Positions 9,396 through 18,466 of a stretch of DNA of 38,267 bases are shown here, piece after piece (position 1 is the stretch's first letter; each line of letters begins with the position of its first letter). The notes under the pieces were generated by a model, which saw only the letters and a list, made by a program, of their open reading frames with translations, was not told the origin of the DNA and made no database searches. This DNA is from an uncultured bacterium (GTDB taxonomy: Bacteria > CSSED10-310 > CAZUFC01). A program made the position numbers and the translations under genes. The stretch spans positions 1-38,267 of the forward strand of contig CAZUFC010000087.1 in the NCBI GenBank assembly GCA_964619725.1, in the 5' to 3' direction.

Positions 9396-9450
9396 AGTGG
9401 CTGTCCAGCATTAAATTTTGAATCGAGATTCGAGTTTATGGACAGACACT
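9396..9450 (+). repeat. 55-bp MITE/REP-like element A
   Basis: AGTGGCTGTCCA...TGGACAGACACT terminal inverted repeats; close copies at 30474-30528 (reverse) and 31978-32032. Confidence 0.85.
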
Positions 9451-9478
9451 ATCTAAAATGGAGACCTCCAACCCGCCG

Positions 9479-9604
9479 CTATCATTTTGATAGAATTCTT
9501 CAGAGTCAATCAAAATCATATAAAATGTGTTTAAATCAAAGCGTAATAATAATAAACTTAAAAAGCAGCCCAATTTAGCCGAAATAAAGCTATCAAGATG
9601 ATAG
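9479..9604. promoter_or_regulatory. Repeated activator-binding (enhancer-like) sites, unit 2
   Basis: Palindromes CTATCATTTTGATAG 9479-9493 and CTATCAAGATGATAG 9590-9604. Confidence 0.72.
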
Positions 9605-9681
9605 ATTTGTTGAAGCGCTTCAAATGAAGAAATAGTGAAGAAATAAACGCCGGCGGTAATCTGAGAGGACGGTGGGAAATA

Positions 9682-9697
9682 TGGTATGGAAATTGCT
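9682..9697 (+). promoter_or_regulatory. Sigma-54 (-24/-12) promoter 2
   Basis: TGGTATGGAAATTGCT, with GG 9683-9684, N10, GC 9695-9696. Confidence 0.72.
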
Positions 9698-9707
9698 TCT
9701 CATAAAG

Positions 9708-10054
9708 CGTGATATGTTGGACGAAGGGGTCTTAAGTCGGATTCCAGGAACGGGAAAAAGTTAAGAAGGTTTTATTGAAGTCAAGATCATCATAAAGTAA
9801 AAAGGTCAGGGAATGAAGAGTCATAATAATATAGAAGTTTCATGTGCAGCCGGCGCGGTCCAGTCTCACAACACCGGCAATATAATTCCAAGACCGATCT
9901 TCGTCCAAGCCTTTCAAAAAGAAGCCATTCAATAAAAGCCTTCACGCGCGCCGCGCCGGTTGAGCACATATATGAAAGCCTGTGGAGCAGCACAGCATTA
10001 ATTGGGATTATTTTTGTGCCAGGCGCTCCATATTCGCAAGGCCTATCCTTTTTT
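9708..10054 (+). ncRNA. Candidate structured non-coding RNA 2 with three crossing long-range helices
   Basis: Pairings 9717-9733/9890-9908, 9765-9779/9928-9943 and 9838-9858/9951-9977; 3' hairpin 9981-10032; T6 at 10049-10054. Confidence 0.55.
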
Positions 10055-10091
10055 GCCTTAAGAAAAATTCGCCGTTTATGGACAGTCACTA
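10055..10091 (+). repeat. Partial copy of the repeat family (element B internal end joined to an element A-type terminus)
   Basis: GCCTTAAGAAAAATTCGCCGTTTATGGACAGTCACTA matches parts of 30474-30676 and 31830-32032. Its terminal CTA is the TAG stop of the regulator gene. Confidence 0.7.
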
Positions 10092-11456
10092 ATTAAGTTT
10101 GTAGCGTTTAATTTTTCTGTAGAGAGTAGCCTCACCTATACTGAGAATTTTCGCCGCTTTGCGTCGATTACCTTGAGCTCTTTTCAGAGCATCGATGATG
10201 GCTCTTTTTTCGTAAGCTTCAATTGAGCCTTCTTTAAGCATGATCATACCGTCGTTTTGTTTATTGGGATCGATTTGAGAGAAGCGGATTCTTTCTGGGA
10301 GGTCTTCGGGATTAATGATTTCGCCGGAGCTGAGCACGATGGCGCTTTCGACGGAATTTTCAAGTTCTCTGACGTTCCCGGGCCAGTAGTAATCATGGAA
10401 TATTTGGAAGGCCTGATCGGAGAATTTTTTTTGAACGTTGTTCTGTCTGCAGAACATATTAAGGAAGTAGTCGATGAGGGGAACGATGTCTTCTTTTCTG
10501 TCTCTGAGCGGAGGGAGTTTAATTTGAACGACGTTAAGGCGATAGAAGAGGTCTTCCCTGAATTCGTTGGTTTTCATTTTTTCTTCCAGGTCGCATTTAG
10601 CGGCGGATATTAAGCGAGATTTAACGGGGAAGACGTCGACGCTGCCGACGGGGCGGACTTCTTTTTCCTGAAGGACTCTGAGCAGCGAAGCCTGAGCGCT
10701 GAAGGGCAGATGATCGACTTCATCCAGGAAGACGGTGCCGTCGCCTGCTGAGCGGAAGAGCCCCTTGGTGGAATGAACGGCGCCGGTAAAAGCGCCTTTG
10801 GTATGGCCGAAGAGTTCAGATTCGATAAGATTAGGATTAACTGCGCCGCAGTCGATAGGGAGGAAGGGCTGTTTTTTTCTGTTGCTGAGATTATGAATGG
10901 CTTTTGCGACGAGTTCTTTACCTGTGCCTGATTCGCCCTGGATAAGAATGGAATTGGATTTCGGGGCCACTTTCATAATCATATTGAAAATGCGGTTCAT
11001 GGAAGGGGATGAGCCGATAATATTATCGAAATGGACGGCTGCCTCTGTTTCTCGATTGAGATGGAGGTTATGTCTTTCAGTAGCTTTGTATCGACAAGCT
11101 CTTAAGACTCTCTCCAGGATAATTTCCGGGTGCACGGGTTTTTCAAGATAGTCGAAGATGCCTTTTTTCATCAATCTGACGGCTGAGTCGATGCTTCCGT
11201 ATCCTGTCAGGATCAGGACAGCGGTTTGGGGGGTTTCTTCCAGGATTTTATTGACGAGTTCTTCGCCCGTCATTTCGTCCATGCGTAGATCTACGATGAC
11301 GGCATGAAAATAGTAAGAGCTGATTTTTTCCAGGGCTTCATAACCGTTGACTGCCGTTTGAACGACAAAGGGTTCGTCATCGAAAATTCTGGTTAAAAGA
11401 CGTCGTATGCTGGAATCGTCGTCAACCACAAGGATATTATATTTTTCTTTTTTCAT
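10089..11456 (-). CDS. Sigma-54-dependent response regulator (NtrC/AtoC family: REC-AAA+-Fis HTH)
   Basis: VVDDD...VDLRM...LTG...KP receiver, [36 protein letters not shown]-terminal TLYRKI. Confidence 0.95.
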   Translation of the reverse strand: MKKEKYNILVVDDDSSIRRLLTRIFDDEPFVVQTAVNGYEALEKISSYYFHAVIVDLRMDEMTGEELVNKILEETPQTAVLILTGYGSIDSAVRLMKKGIFDYLEKPVHPEIILERVLRACRYKATERHNLHLNRETEAAVHFDNIIGSSPSMNRIFNMIMKVAPKSNSILIQGESGTGKELVAKAIHNLSNRKKQPFLPIDCGAVNPNLIESELFGHTKGAFTGAVHSTKGLFRSAGDGTVFLDEVDHLPFSAQASLLRVLQEKEVRPVGSVDVFPVKSRLISAAKCDLEEKMKTNEFREDLFYRLNVVQIKLPPLRDRKEDIVPLIDYFLNMFCRQNNVQKKFSDQAFQIFHDYYWPGNVRELENSVESAIVLSSGEIINPEDLPERIRFSQIDPNKQNDGMIMLKEGSIEAYEKRAIIDALKRAQGNRRKAAKILSIGEATLYRKIKRYKLN

Positions 11457-11536
11457 AACTGTCGCTCACGAAAAAAAATTTATCACGAAACTCCAATAAT
11501 AAATGAAGCTGAAGACGCTTAATACGGAGAATCTTT

Positions 11537-11740
11537 TTATAAACAGTTGACCTCTTCAATTTTCGACAAACATGACCAGTTGCAATCCCAGTTGTCGATA
11601 TCATGAAATCGGGGATTATCGCAGGAAACGCTTTTTATTTTTTTCTGACCGTTTTGAATCATCCATTCGACGATCAAAACGGCATCCCGGTCGCATTCAG
11701 AACAATGAAAACGTTTGATTTCGCATCGTTTCATGTTCAT
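11537..11740 (-). CDS. Small Cys-rich protein (67 aa), possible metal-binding
   Basis: GGAGG Shine-Dalgarno upstream; CSEC...SCDNP...CNWSC; co-oriented upstream of the regulator. Confidence 0.65.
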   Translation of the reverse strand: MNMKRCEIKRFHCSECDRDAVLIVEWMIQNGQKKIKSVSCDNPRFHDIDNWDCNWSCLSKIEEVNCL

Positions 11741-11839
11741 TTTTTTATCCTCCCTTCGTCAATATCGGTTCTGAGGAAGGCTTATTTCAACAGAGAGGTA
11801 AGCGGTAATCCAGAGCAGAAAACCAACCCATCCTTTTCA

Positions 11840-11868
11840 ATTTTATAATAAAAGGTCATAATTTTCAA
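11840..11868 (-). promoter_or_regulatory. Sigma-70 promoter for the Cys-rich gene and regulator
   Basis: Minus strand TTGAAA, 17 bp, TAAAAT; AT-rich context lowers specificity. Confidence 0.45.
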
Positions 11869-12044
11869 AGATTCTGCAACCAGTGACAGCACGGATCATC
11901 ACGGACAAGAGAAGAAGCGATGCGCTAAAATTATAGCCTCATTTGATTTTTTCTGCTTTTCATGTTGCGTCAGGAGCTCAGGGTAAGATATAGATTGAAG
12001 GGTGGAATGCACAGGTAATAGATTTATTCAAAGGAACGCGGAGC

Positions 12045-13400
12045 ATGAATCGAGACAGGATAAAAATTTTAAACAAGGGAAAAGAGCAATCCGGAAGATA
12101 TGTATTATATTGGATGCAGCAGGCTCAAAGAGCATCCTTCAATCATGCGCTTGAGTATGGGATAGAGCGGGCGAATGAACTGGATAAACCGCTGATCGTT
12201 TTATTTTGTATAACGGAAAATTATCCGTCTGCGAACTCAAGGCATTACCGTTTTATGTTGGAGGGATTAGACGATGCAGCAAAAAAGCTGTCAGAACGCG
12301 GTATAAGATTGGTATTCAAAAAAGGAGAGCCGGCGGAAGCTGCAGCGGATTTAAGCGAAGAGGCTTGCCTGGCGGTAACGGATTGCGGATATACTCGAAC
12401 ACAGAGGAAATGGCGCGACAGCGCCTCATCATTGATGAGATGTCCTTTTATCATGGTTGAGAGCGACGTAATCGTTCCGGTGGAGCGGGCGAGCGAGAAG
12501 GAAGAATTCGCCGCTCACACCATTCGAAAGAAGATAAACCGTTTACGGAAGGAATATTTGACGCGGGTGGAAGAAATCCCGGTCAGGCGTGATTCTTTAA
12601 ACTTGCTCATTGATAGAGAAGGCGTTTTCGCAGAAGTTCCTTCGCTCGGGGAGCTGAAGGAAATAGACAGGAGGGTCTCGGAAAGCAGATTTTACAAGGG
12701 CGGCGCTTATCAGGCGGAAAAATTACTGGAAGAATTCATCGGGGATAAATTGCGGCATTATGCGGAACAAAGGAATGATCCGAACCGGGACAATTTGTCG
12801 AAAATGAGCCCTTATTTGCATTTCGGTCAGATTTCTTCGGCATATATTGCGTTGAAAGTTTTAGAGCATGGTGGGGAAGGAGTGGAAGAATACCTGGAGG
12901 AGCTGATAATCCGTCGCGAATTAAGCATGAATTTCGTTCATTATAATCCTCATTACGATACTTTTGAAGGATTGCCGGATTGGGTGAAGAAGACATTGAT
13001 CCGGCATGCGGGAGATGAGCGGGAGTATGAGTATGATTATGAAGCCTGGGAAGCTGCTGAAACGCATGATCCTTACTGGAATGCGGCGCAGAAAGAGATG
13101 ATGATAACGGGGAAGATGCACGGCTATATGAGGATGTATTGGGGGAAGAAAATTCTGGAATGGACATCCGGTCCTGAGGAGGCATATCGGATTCTGATAA
13201 GATTAAACGACAAATATGAGTTGGACGGCCGCGATCCGAACGGATATGCGGGAGCAGCGTGGTGTTTCGGAAAGCATGACCGGGCGTGGAAAGAGAGACC
13301 GGTATACGGAAAAATCCGTTATATGAACGACAGGGGTCTCAAGCGCAAATTCGATGCCGATGCTTACGTGCGCCGGATGAATGAATTGGAAAAGACGTGA
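12045..13400 (+). CDS. phrB: Class II CPD photolyase
   Basis: VLYWM..AQR...NHAL, LSKMSPYLHFGQIS, IIRRELS.NF, MHGYMRMYWGKKILEW, DGRDPNGY. Confidence 0.95.
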   Translation: MNRDRIKILNKGKEQSGRYVLYWMQQAQRASFNHALEYGIERANELDKPLIVLFCITENYPSANSRHYRFMLEGLDDAAKKLSERGIRLVFKKGEPAEAAADLSEEACLAVTDCGYTRTQRKWRDSASSLMRCPFIMVESDVIVPVERASEKEEFAAHTIRKKINRLRKEYLTRVEEIPVRRDSLNLLIDREGVFAEVPSLGELKEIDRRVSESRFYKGGAYQAEKLLEEFIGDKLRHYAEQRNDPNRDNLSKMSPYLHFGQISSAYIALKVLEHGGEGVEEYLEELIIRRELSMNFVHYNPHYDTFEGLPDWVKKTLIRHAGDEREYEYDYEAWEAAETHDPYWNAAQKEMMITGKMHGYMRMYWGKKILEWTSGPEEAYRILIRLNDKYELDGRDPNGYAGAAWCFGKHDRAWKERPVYGKIRYMNDRGLKRKFDADAYVRRMNELEKT

Positions 13401-13413
13401 TCCGCGTTAAATG

Positions 13414-13452
13414 CGACAGAGGCCCTCATTTCGTCCATGAGGCCCTCTGTCG
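13414..13452. terminator. Hairpin between convergent genes, probable terminator
   Basis: CGACAGAGGCCCTCAT / ATGAGGCCCTCTGTCG, 16-bp stem with one mismatch; T-rich sequence follows. Confidence 0.7.
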
Positions 13453-13465
13453 AATCGTTTTTCGT

Positions 13466-15574
13466 TTATTGATAGCTGAATTCACAGTCATCCAGTGCAA
13501 TTAATTCCGAATTTTCCATACTGAATTCAGCGGCCCAGAATTTAAGTCCGGAAGCCGAACCGGCATTGGCCGGCCAGATGAAATCAAGCATGGTTTCCTG
13601 GTAAGAGCCGTAGGGAGAAATTCTGATACGTCCGTCGATCTGATTCGTCCATTCCGGCCAGTAGAAAAAATCGCCGAAAACGTCGAGAACGATAGCTTCA
13701 AAGATTTCGATTTCAGGTTCCGGATTATTGACTTTGTATGTGAGTATGAAATTGTCGCCTGCGCTGTAGACGGTCTTGTTCGTGGAAATTTCAATCTGAT
13801 GCGCCAGGGGATTGTAGGATTCTGCGGAAAGAATTTCAAAATCGTCGATGTTCCAGCCTCCGAAAGTCAGACCTTGATCCGTTTCGAGCAGGAAGGAAAT
13901 CTGAACTTCTCTGTTTCCGTCCGCCAGCTCGGAAATGTCATAGACGCATTCAGTCCACCTGTTGTCGAGGAGATGCTGATTGAAGGGGTTGCGCCATATT
14001 TCTTCTCCATTGACCTGAATGACGGCATAATCATAACGGCTTTTTTCCACGGTCAACCATCTTCGGAACCTCAGATAAGTTCGCTTGCCGTCAGAACAAT
14101 CGAAGAGAGGGGAGAGAAGATAGTTATGGGCTCGGTTACGGTATTTTCCATTGCCGACAAGTTTGTTTCCCCAGATTCTTTCACCGGACCAGGCAGTAAG
14201 CGGGTCCAGCAAAGTTCCTTCTTCCGGAACGCCGTGCTGCCAGTCGTCAACGCCCTGATAGGCACCGTGCGTCCATCCTGCATCCTCTTCGGACTCAAAA
14301 TCGTTGAAATAGATGATTTTCTGGGGACCGGCAAAAACGCCGAAATTAAATACCGCAGGGTCTCCGCTTGAAGTTATGGACAGCTCGAATTCCAGCCAGG
14401 TCCCGGCAGGAACGGCATTATCCAGCTCTATAACGAAATGCGGAGCCATAGATTGCCTGGTTTCCTGCGGCGGGATGTCCGGGAAAGCGGCTGATCCGGT
14501 CAGAATGCGGACGCCCTCCGTGGAAGCGGTTAATTCCGCTTCAACCTGAGAACCGGTTTCGCGACCGTAATTTTCCAATGTAACTGCGAGAGAAAAAGAC
14601 TCTCCGGAAACAGGAACATCGTCGTTGCCGTCTTGGACCTCATAATCCAGAAAACGCAACTGCACCGGGGGAATCATTCTATGCTGAACCGTGGCCGCTC
14701 CGTACCCGATGTTGCAATCGCCGTATTTTATGTAGAAATATCCGTCTATTCCGAAATCGAGACCCCACGAATTCTTGACGATCCAGGCTCCTGAATCGCA
14801 CACTGCGTCGTCCCAACCGACGATGACTACGCCGTGATTGACGCTGGACGGAGAGCCGGAATGCTCATAACAGCCGCCCGTATAATAACGGAGATCATCA
14901 TACACATACATGGCAGACGCGACCGGTCCGACGTTCACCAACGCTTCCTTGATTCCGTCTACGCTGTCGTCTATGTAATTATATCCCGTTACGCCGACAT
15001 AAAAATCACAGTCATACATGGTGCACGGAACATTGTTCGATGCCTCATAAGGCATGCACTCCTCCAGGACAGCCCCCGTCTCCATTATGAAATCCCACGC
15101 ATTGGCGTACCAGCCTCCATTGCAACCGCTGTCATACGGATCGCATGAAACCAGCGCCTGCTCGGATAAATCCAATGCAGTCCCTTCATCGATCAAAACC
15201 TGAGACTCCAGCGGCCCCATTGCGGAAAAAGCCCAACATGATCCGCAGTCCATTTGATCCCTCACCGGCGTTACGCCGCCTAATTCCCGCCAGTCAAATC
15301 TCTCGGGAAACGTCAATCTGTCGCCGCTTCTGCCGATCTCAGGTCGCACAAAATCCTCAGGAGCACGCAATGTCAACAGACTCCTGAATTCCTCGTCTGA
15401 AAGATGAGATATGGAAGTCTCTCCAGCCTCCCAATCCAATCCCTCACCTTCTATTCTATCTCTCACAGATTGCAGTCTCTGCTCATATCCTTCATCGTTC
15501 GTCATGGCAGGTTGAATCAAAAGCATCGAAAAAGACAGAAAAACCGCACACAAACTTAAACTCATATTTCTCAA
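13466..15574 (-). CDS. Secreted papain-family (C1A) cysteine protease with C-terminal beta-rich accessory domains
   Basis: Signal peptide, FDWR, QMDCGSCWAF, NHGV, KNSWG; jelly-roll-like region ending GWNIDD; TTG start after GGAGG. Confidence 0.92.
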   Translation of the reverse strand: MRNMSLSLCAVFLSFSMLLIQPAMTNDEGYEQRLQSVRDRIEGEGLDWEAGETSISHLSDEEFRSLLTLRAPEDFVRPEIGRSGDRLTFPERFDWRELGGVTPVRDQMDCGSCWAFSAMGPLESQVLIDEGTALDLSEQALVSCDPYDSGCNGGWYANAWDFIMETGAVLEECMPYEASNNVPCTMYDCDFYVGVTGYNYIDDSVDGIKEALVNVGPVASAMYVYDDLRYYTGGCYEHSGSPSSVNHGVVIVGWDDAVCDSGAWIVKNSWGLDFGIDGYFYIKYGDCNIGYGAATVQHRMIPPVQLRFLDYEVQDGNDDVPVSGESFSLAVTLENYGRETGSQVEAELTASTEGVRILTGSAAFPDIPPQETRQSMAPHFVIELDNAVPAGTWLEFELSITSSGDPAVFNFGVFAGPQKIIYFNDFESEEDAGWTHGAYQGVDDWQHGVPEEGTLLDPLTAWSGERIWGNKLVGNGKYRNRAHNYLLSPLFDCSDGKRTYLRFRRWLTVEKSRYDYAVIQVNGEEIWRNPFNQHLLDNRWTECVYDISELADGNREVQISFLLETDQGLTFGGWNIDDFEILSAESYNPLAHQIEISTNKTVYSAGDNFILTYKVNNPEPEIEIFEAIVLDVFGDFFYWPEWTNQIDGRIRISPYGSYQETMLDFIWPANAGSASGLKFWAAEFSMENSELIALDDCEFSYQ

Positions 15575-15722
15575 TTGAAGTTACCTCCGAAAATTGTTTT
15601 GATTGTTCATTCGTCTCAACCCAAACTTAATATAATTCCAATGAACAACCAAAGTCAAATGTTCAGAAAAAATCCTACCGCAGTAAAACAGGCTGAATCA
15701 TGATTTTAAGGGCTGCGGAGCT

Positions 15723-16709
15723 TCAGTATGATTTCATTGGTCCGCCGCAACGAGGACATCTCAAATTCGGTCCGCCGTAAGGCAGTATGACCCCGCATTT
15801 CGGACATGTCGTATTCTTGGGGCCGCCTTTCCTTTTTCCCGCGTTTCGGCGGCCGCCTCCACCCTCCTTACCTGGACCGCGGTTGTTTCTGTAAGTTTTC
15901 TGCCGGGATTTGGACCTGTCACGGTAAGGCTGGCCCGTCCTGCCCGTCATTACATCTTTAAGATGAGATTCCAGTTTTTCCTTATTAGGATATACATTCT
16001 GAAAGTAAAGACGACTGAATAATTCCTTTAAATAATGTTGTCCATCCAGGGAGTCATTCCTGATCATACGTAAAAAATCGCGCCTGATCCGGCCGAATAT
16101 GTATTCGGGCATGGCCGAAGCATTCTGCAGCCATTTCAAAGCGCCCTTGCGCTGTTCCTTTTTCTTTTCTATCGACTGAATCAGTCCTATCTCCAGCGCC
16201 TTTTTCGCACTGATCGTTTCTCCGCCCAGGCAAATCCTTCTCGCATTGTTATCGCCCACGCTGCGGGAGAGTATCAGGTAACGGACGTAATTGCGCAAGT
16301 CGCCCGGTTCGAAAATGAATTTCGCCTCCGCTTCTGCGCTCCGGTAATCCGCTAGAAGACAAATGTCCAATGCAGTATTGCGCACTTCACCGTCCAGGAG
16401 CGTCGCCAGAGGTTGTTCAAACCCTGTCAGAAAAGTTAAATCCCTGAAGTAATGGTTTAACAATTCGTTGGGGTCGTTTAGTTTTGTTTCCCTGAAAGGA
16501 TTGGAATCAAAACCATTGCAAAAAACCCCTGCGGGACCCGTAATAACCGCTGCCTGTACCCGCGTGTCCAATTGCACCCCTTCCAGCGCTTCGTCAAGGT
16601 TAGTTATAAAGTTAAGATTAAATTCATCGGAATTATCCATTTTCTTAACTTCCAGAACTGAAATGATTCCTTCATCTGACCTTTTTAATGTTATCCACTC
16701 CATTTTCAT
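15723..16709 (-). CDS. Degenerate enoyl-CoA hydratase/crotonase-fold protein with basic tail and C-terminal Zn ribbon
   Basis: VITG...FCNGFD, LLADYR, GETISAKKALEIGLI; CPKC-x10-CPRC. Confidence 0.75.
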   Translation of the reverse strand: MKMEWITLKRSDEGIISVLEVKKMDNSDEFNLNFITNLDEALEGVQLDTRVQAAVITGPAGVFCNGFDSNPFRETKLNDPNELLNHYFRDLTFLTGFEQPLATLLDGEVRNTALDICLLADYRSAEAEAKFIFEPGDLRNYVRYLILSRSVGDNNARRICLGGETISAKKALEIGLIQSIEKKKEQRKGALKWLQNASAMPEYIFGRIRRDFLRMIRNDSLDGQHYLKELFSRLYFQNVYPNKEKLESHLKDVMTGRTGQPYRDRSKSRQKTYRNNRGPGKEGGGGRRNAGKRKGGPKNTTCPKCGVILPYGGPNLRCPRCGGPMKSY

Positions 16710-16830
16710 CTCCTCATGAATTTACCGAGCGTGAATTGAAAAATTCAACGTTTAGGGATTCTCCGGCATAAAATTATAAATCAGGAAGACGATGCAACGA
16801 CGTTAAGAAAAAACGGTGATCACAGACCGG

Positions 16831-18399
16831 TCATTTTTTCTTTTTTTTAAGGAATTTTTTAAGAAAGCTTTTATTTTTTTCTTCTCTGATTGATTTCAAT
16901 AATTCATTAGCATCTCTGTAGTCGGAATCCCAGGCCAGGGCCATTTTCGCTTGTCTTTCGGCCTTGGTTTCGTTGCCTAATATGCGATAAATTTTTCCCA
17001 GGTGCAAATGATATTCGGGATTCTCTCTATCCAGAGAAATAGCGCGTTTAGCGTTTAATTTAGCTTCTTCCAGGTTTCTGTTTCTATCCAGTTGTATTCG
17101 GCTCAACAAGTAATAGAAATTCTGTTCCTTGGCGTTTTTTTTGATGGCTTTAATGACGGTTTCTTCAGCTTCCTTCAGTTTTCTGTTCTCAAACAGGGAG
17201 AGAGCTTCATCATAAAGAGCTTTAGCTTCTCTTTTTCTGGGGGAAGCTGTAATAGTTGAGTCTGAAGTTGAATTAGAGGCGGATTGCTGCTGAGAATCCT
17301 GGTGGAGCGTGTCGGCTTTTTTTTGAGTATTTTTAATTTTAGAATTTGGTGTTGCGAAGTTTTTAATTTTACTGTCGGCGATTCTGGAACCTTTTTTCTT
17401 TTTTTTGTCTTTCTTTTTATCTTTAACAGGGCTGACCCTACTGACTTTAGGCGATTCTTTGAAGAAAATCTCATCATGTTTCAGAGATTTTTCCGTTTTT
17501 GCCAGAGTATTATCATAACGGCTTCTTTTGAGGGGATCGGAAAGAATTCTAAAGCCGGTATGGACAATTTGGAAAATATCGTCGAGTAGGGTTTGAATAT
17601 CTCTTGTCAATTGAGTCTTATACATATCGGAGTGATAAGTTTTCATTAATCTGGCGGCGACTTCACGAAGAGTTTTCGTATCGATATCTCGGGGAACTCC
17701 GAAGATGGTATAATAGTCCTGCTGGGAGTAGGTATCGTAGATTTTCTGAAGTTCTTCTCTGGTGAAGTCGAAATCCCTCTGTCCCAGGGAAATATGTTTT
17801 ATTCTTTTCTGGATGGACATGGTGTCGATTGAGGAGTTGGAGTCGGAAGATTTGGAATTATAGGGACCGTTCTGCAATTCTTCGGGACTGGAGAAAAATT
17901 TCAGTTTGTAATCGGAAGAACTGTTTGAGGAATTGGAAGAAGATTTTCTTTTTCGGGATTGTTCGTAATGGGAGAAGCTGTGATCTCTGTTTTTTTGGTT
18001 GGAGTTTTTAAAGCTGATGATATCCCACATGGCCAGTCTGCAGAGTGATTTCAATGTATTCCAGGGCGTCATGCCGGAGATTCTCTGAAGTTCTTTGACG
18101 GTGATTTGTCCGTTGATGCGCGTGAGAAGGAAGACTTCCTGAATGGAGGTGCGGGCTTTATTCCACAAGTTTTCGTCCCTGTTCATGATATAGGGACGCA
18201 TATTGACCGAGGGAATCGTGCGTTGAATGATGCCGTCGATTTTGCTTTGCAATTCCTCAGAAATTTTCTCAAATTTCTGTGAATTAAATGTCTGCAAAGA
18301 TTTAACAGCCAGATCATAGGCTTCGATATAGTATTTATCGCTTGTTAAGCGTTCTATTTCATCTAATGTTTCCGATTCGGTCATTTGACCGTTCCTCAC
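16831..18399 (-). CDS. J-domain-like and TPR protein
   Basis: DYYTIFGV...YHSD...ILSDPLKRSRYD, followed by a Lys/Ser-rich linker and about three TPR units. Confidence 0.78.
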   Translation of the reverse strand: MRNGQMTESETLDEIERLTSDKYYIEAYDLAVKSLQTFNSQKFEKISEELQSKIDGIIQRTIPSVNMRPYIMNRDENLWNKARTSIQEVFLLTRINGQITVKELQRISGMTPWNTLKSLCRLAMWDIISFKNSNQKNRDHSFSHYEQSRKRKSSSNSSNSSSDYKLKFFSSPEELQNGPYNSKSSDSNSSIDTMSIQKRIKHISLGQRDFDFTREELQKIYDTYSQQDYYTIFGVPRDIDTKTLREVAARLMKTYHSDMYKTQLTRDIQTLLDDIFQIVHTGFRILSDPLKRSRYDNTLAKTEKSLKHDEIFFKESPKVSRVSPVKDKKKDKKKKKGSRIADSKIKNFATPNSKIKNTQKKADTLHQDSQQQSASNSTSDSTITASPRKREAKALYDEALSLFENRKLKEAEETVIKAIKKNAKEQNFYYLLSRIQLDRNRNLEEAKLNAKRAISLDRENPEYHLHLGKIYRILGNETKAERQAKMALAWDSDYRDANELLKSIREEKNKSFLKKFLKKKKK

Positions 18400-18466
18400 T
18401 AGCGGCAGGGAAGGGAATCGCCTCTACTCATAATAATTCATAAAATTAAAAATTCAAGTGAAAAGA

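Noticed and set aside
8757-9604. Repeats considered as a CRISPR array
   Set aside because: Units are 12-15 bp, irregularly spaced and in both orientations; no cas genes in the window
9790-10096. Track ORFs 9790..10089 and 9842..10096, and a 40-codon ORF at 9813-9935
   Set aside because: No recognisable motifs; the track ORFs run through repeat sequence; base-pairing explains the region better
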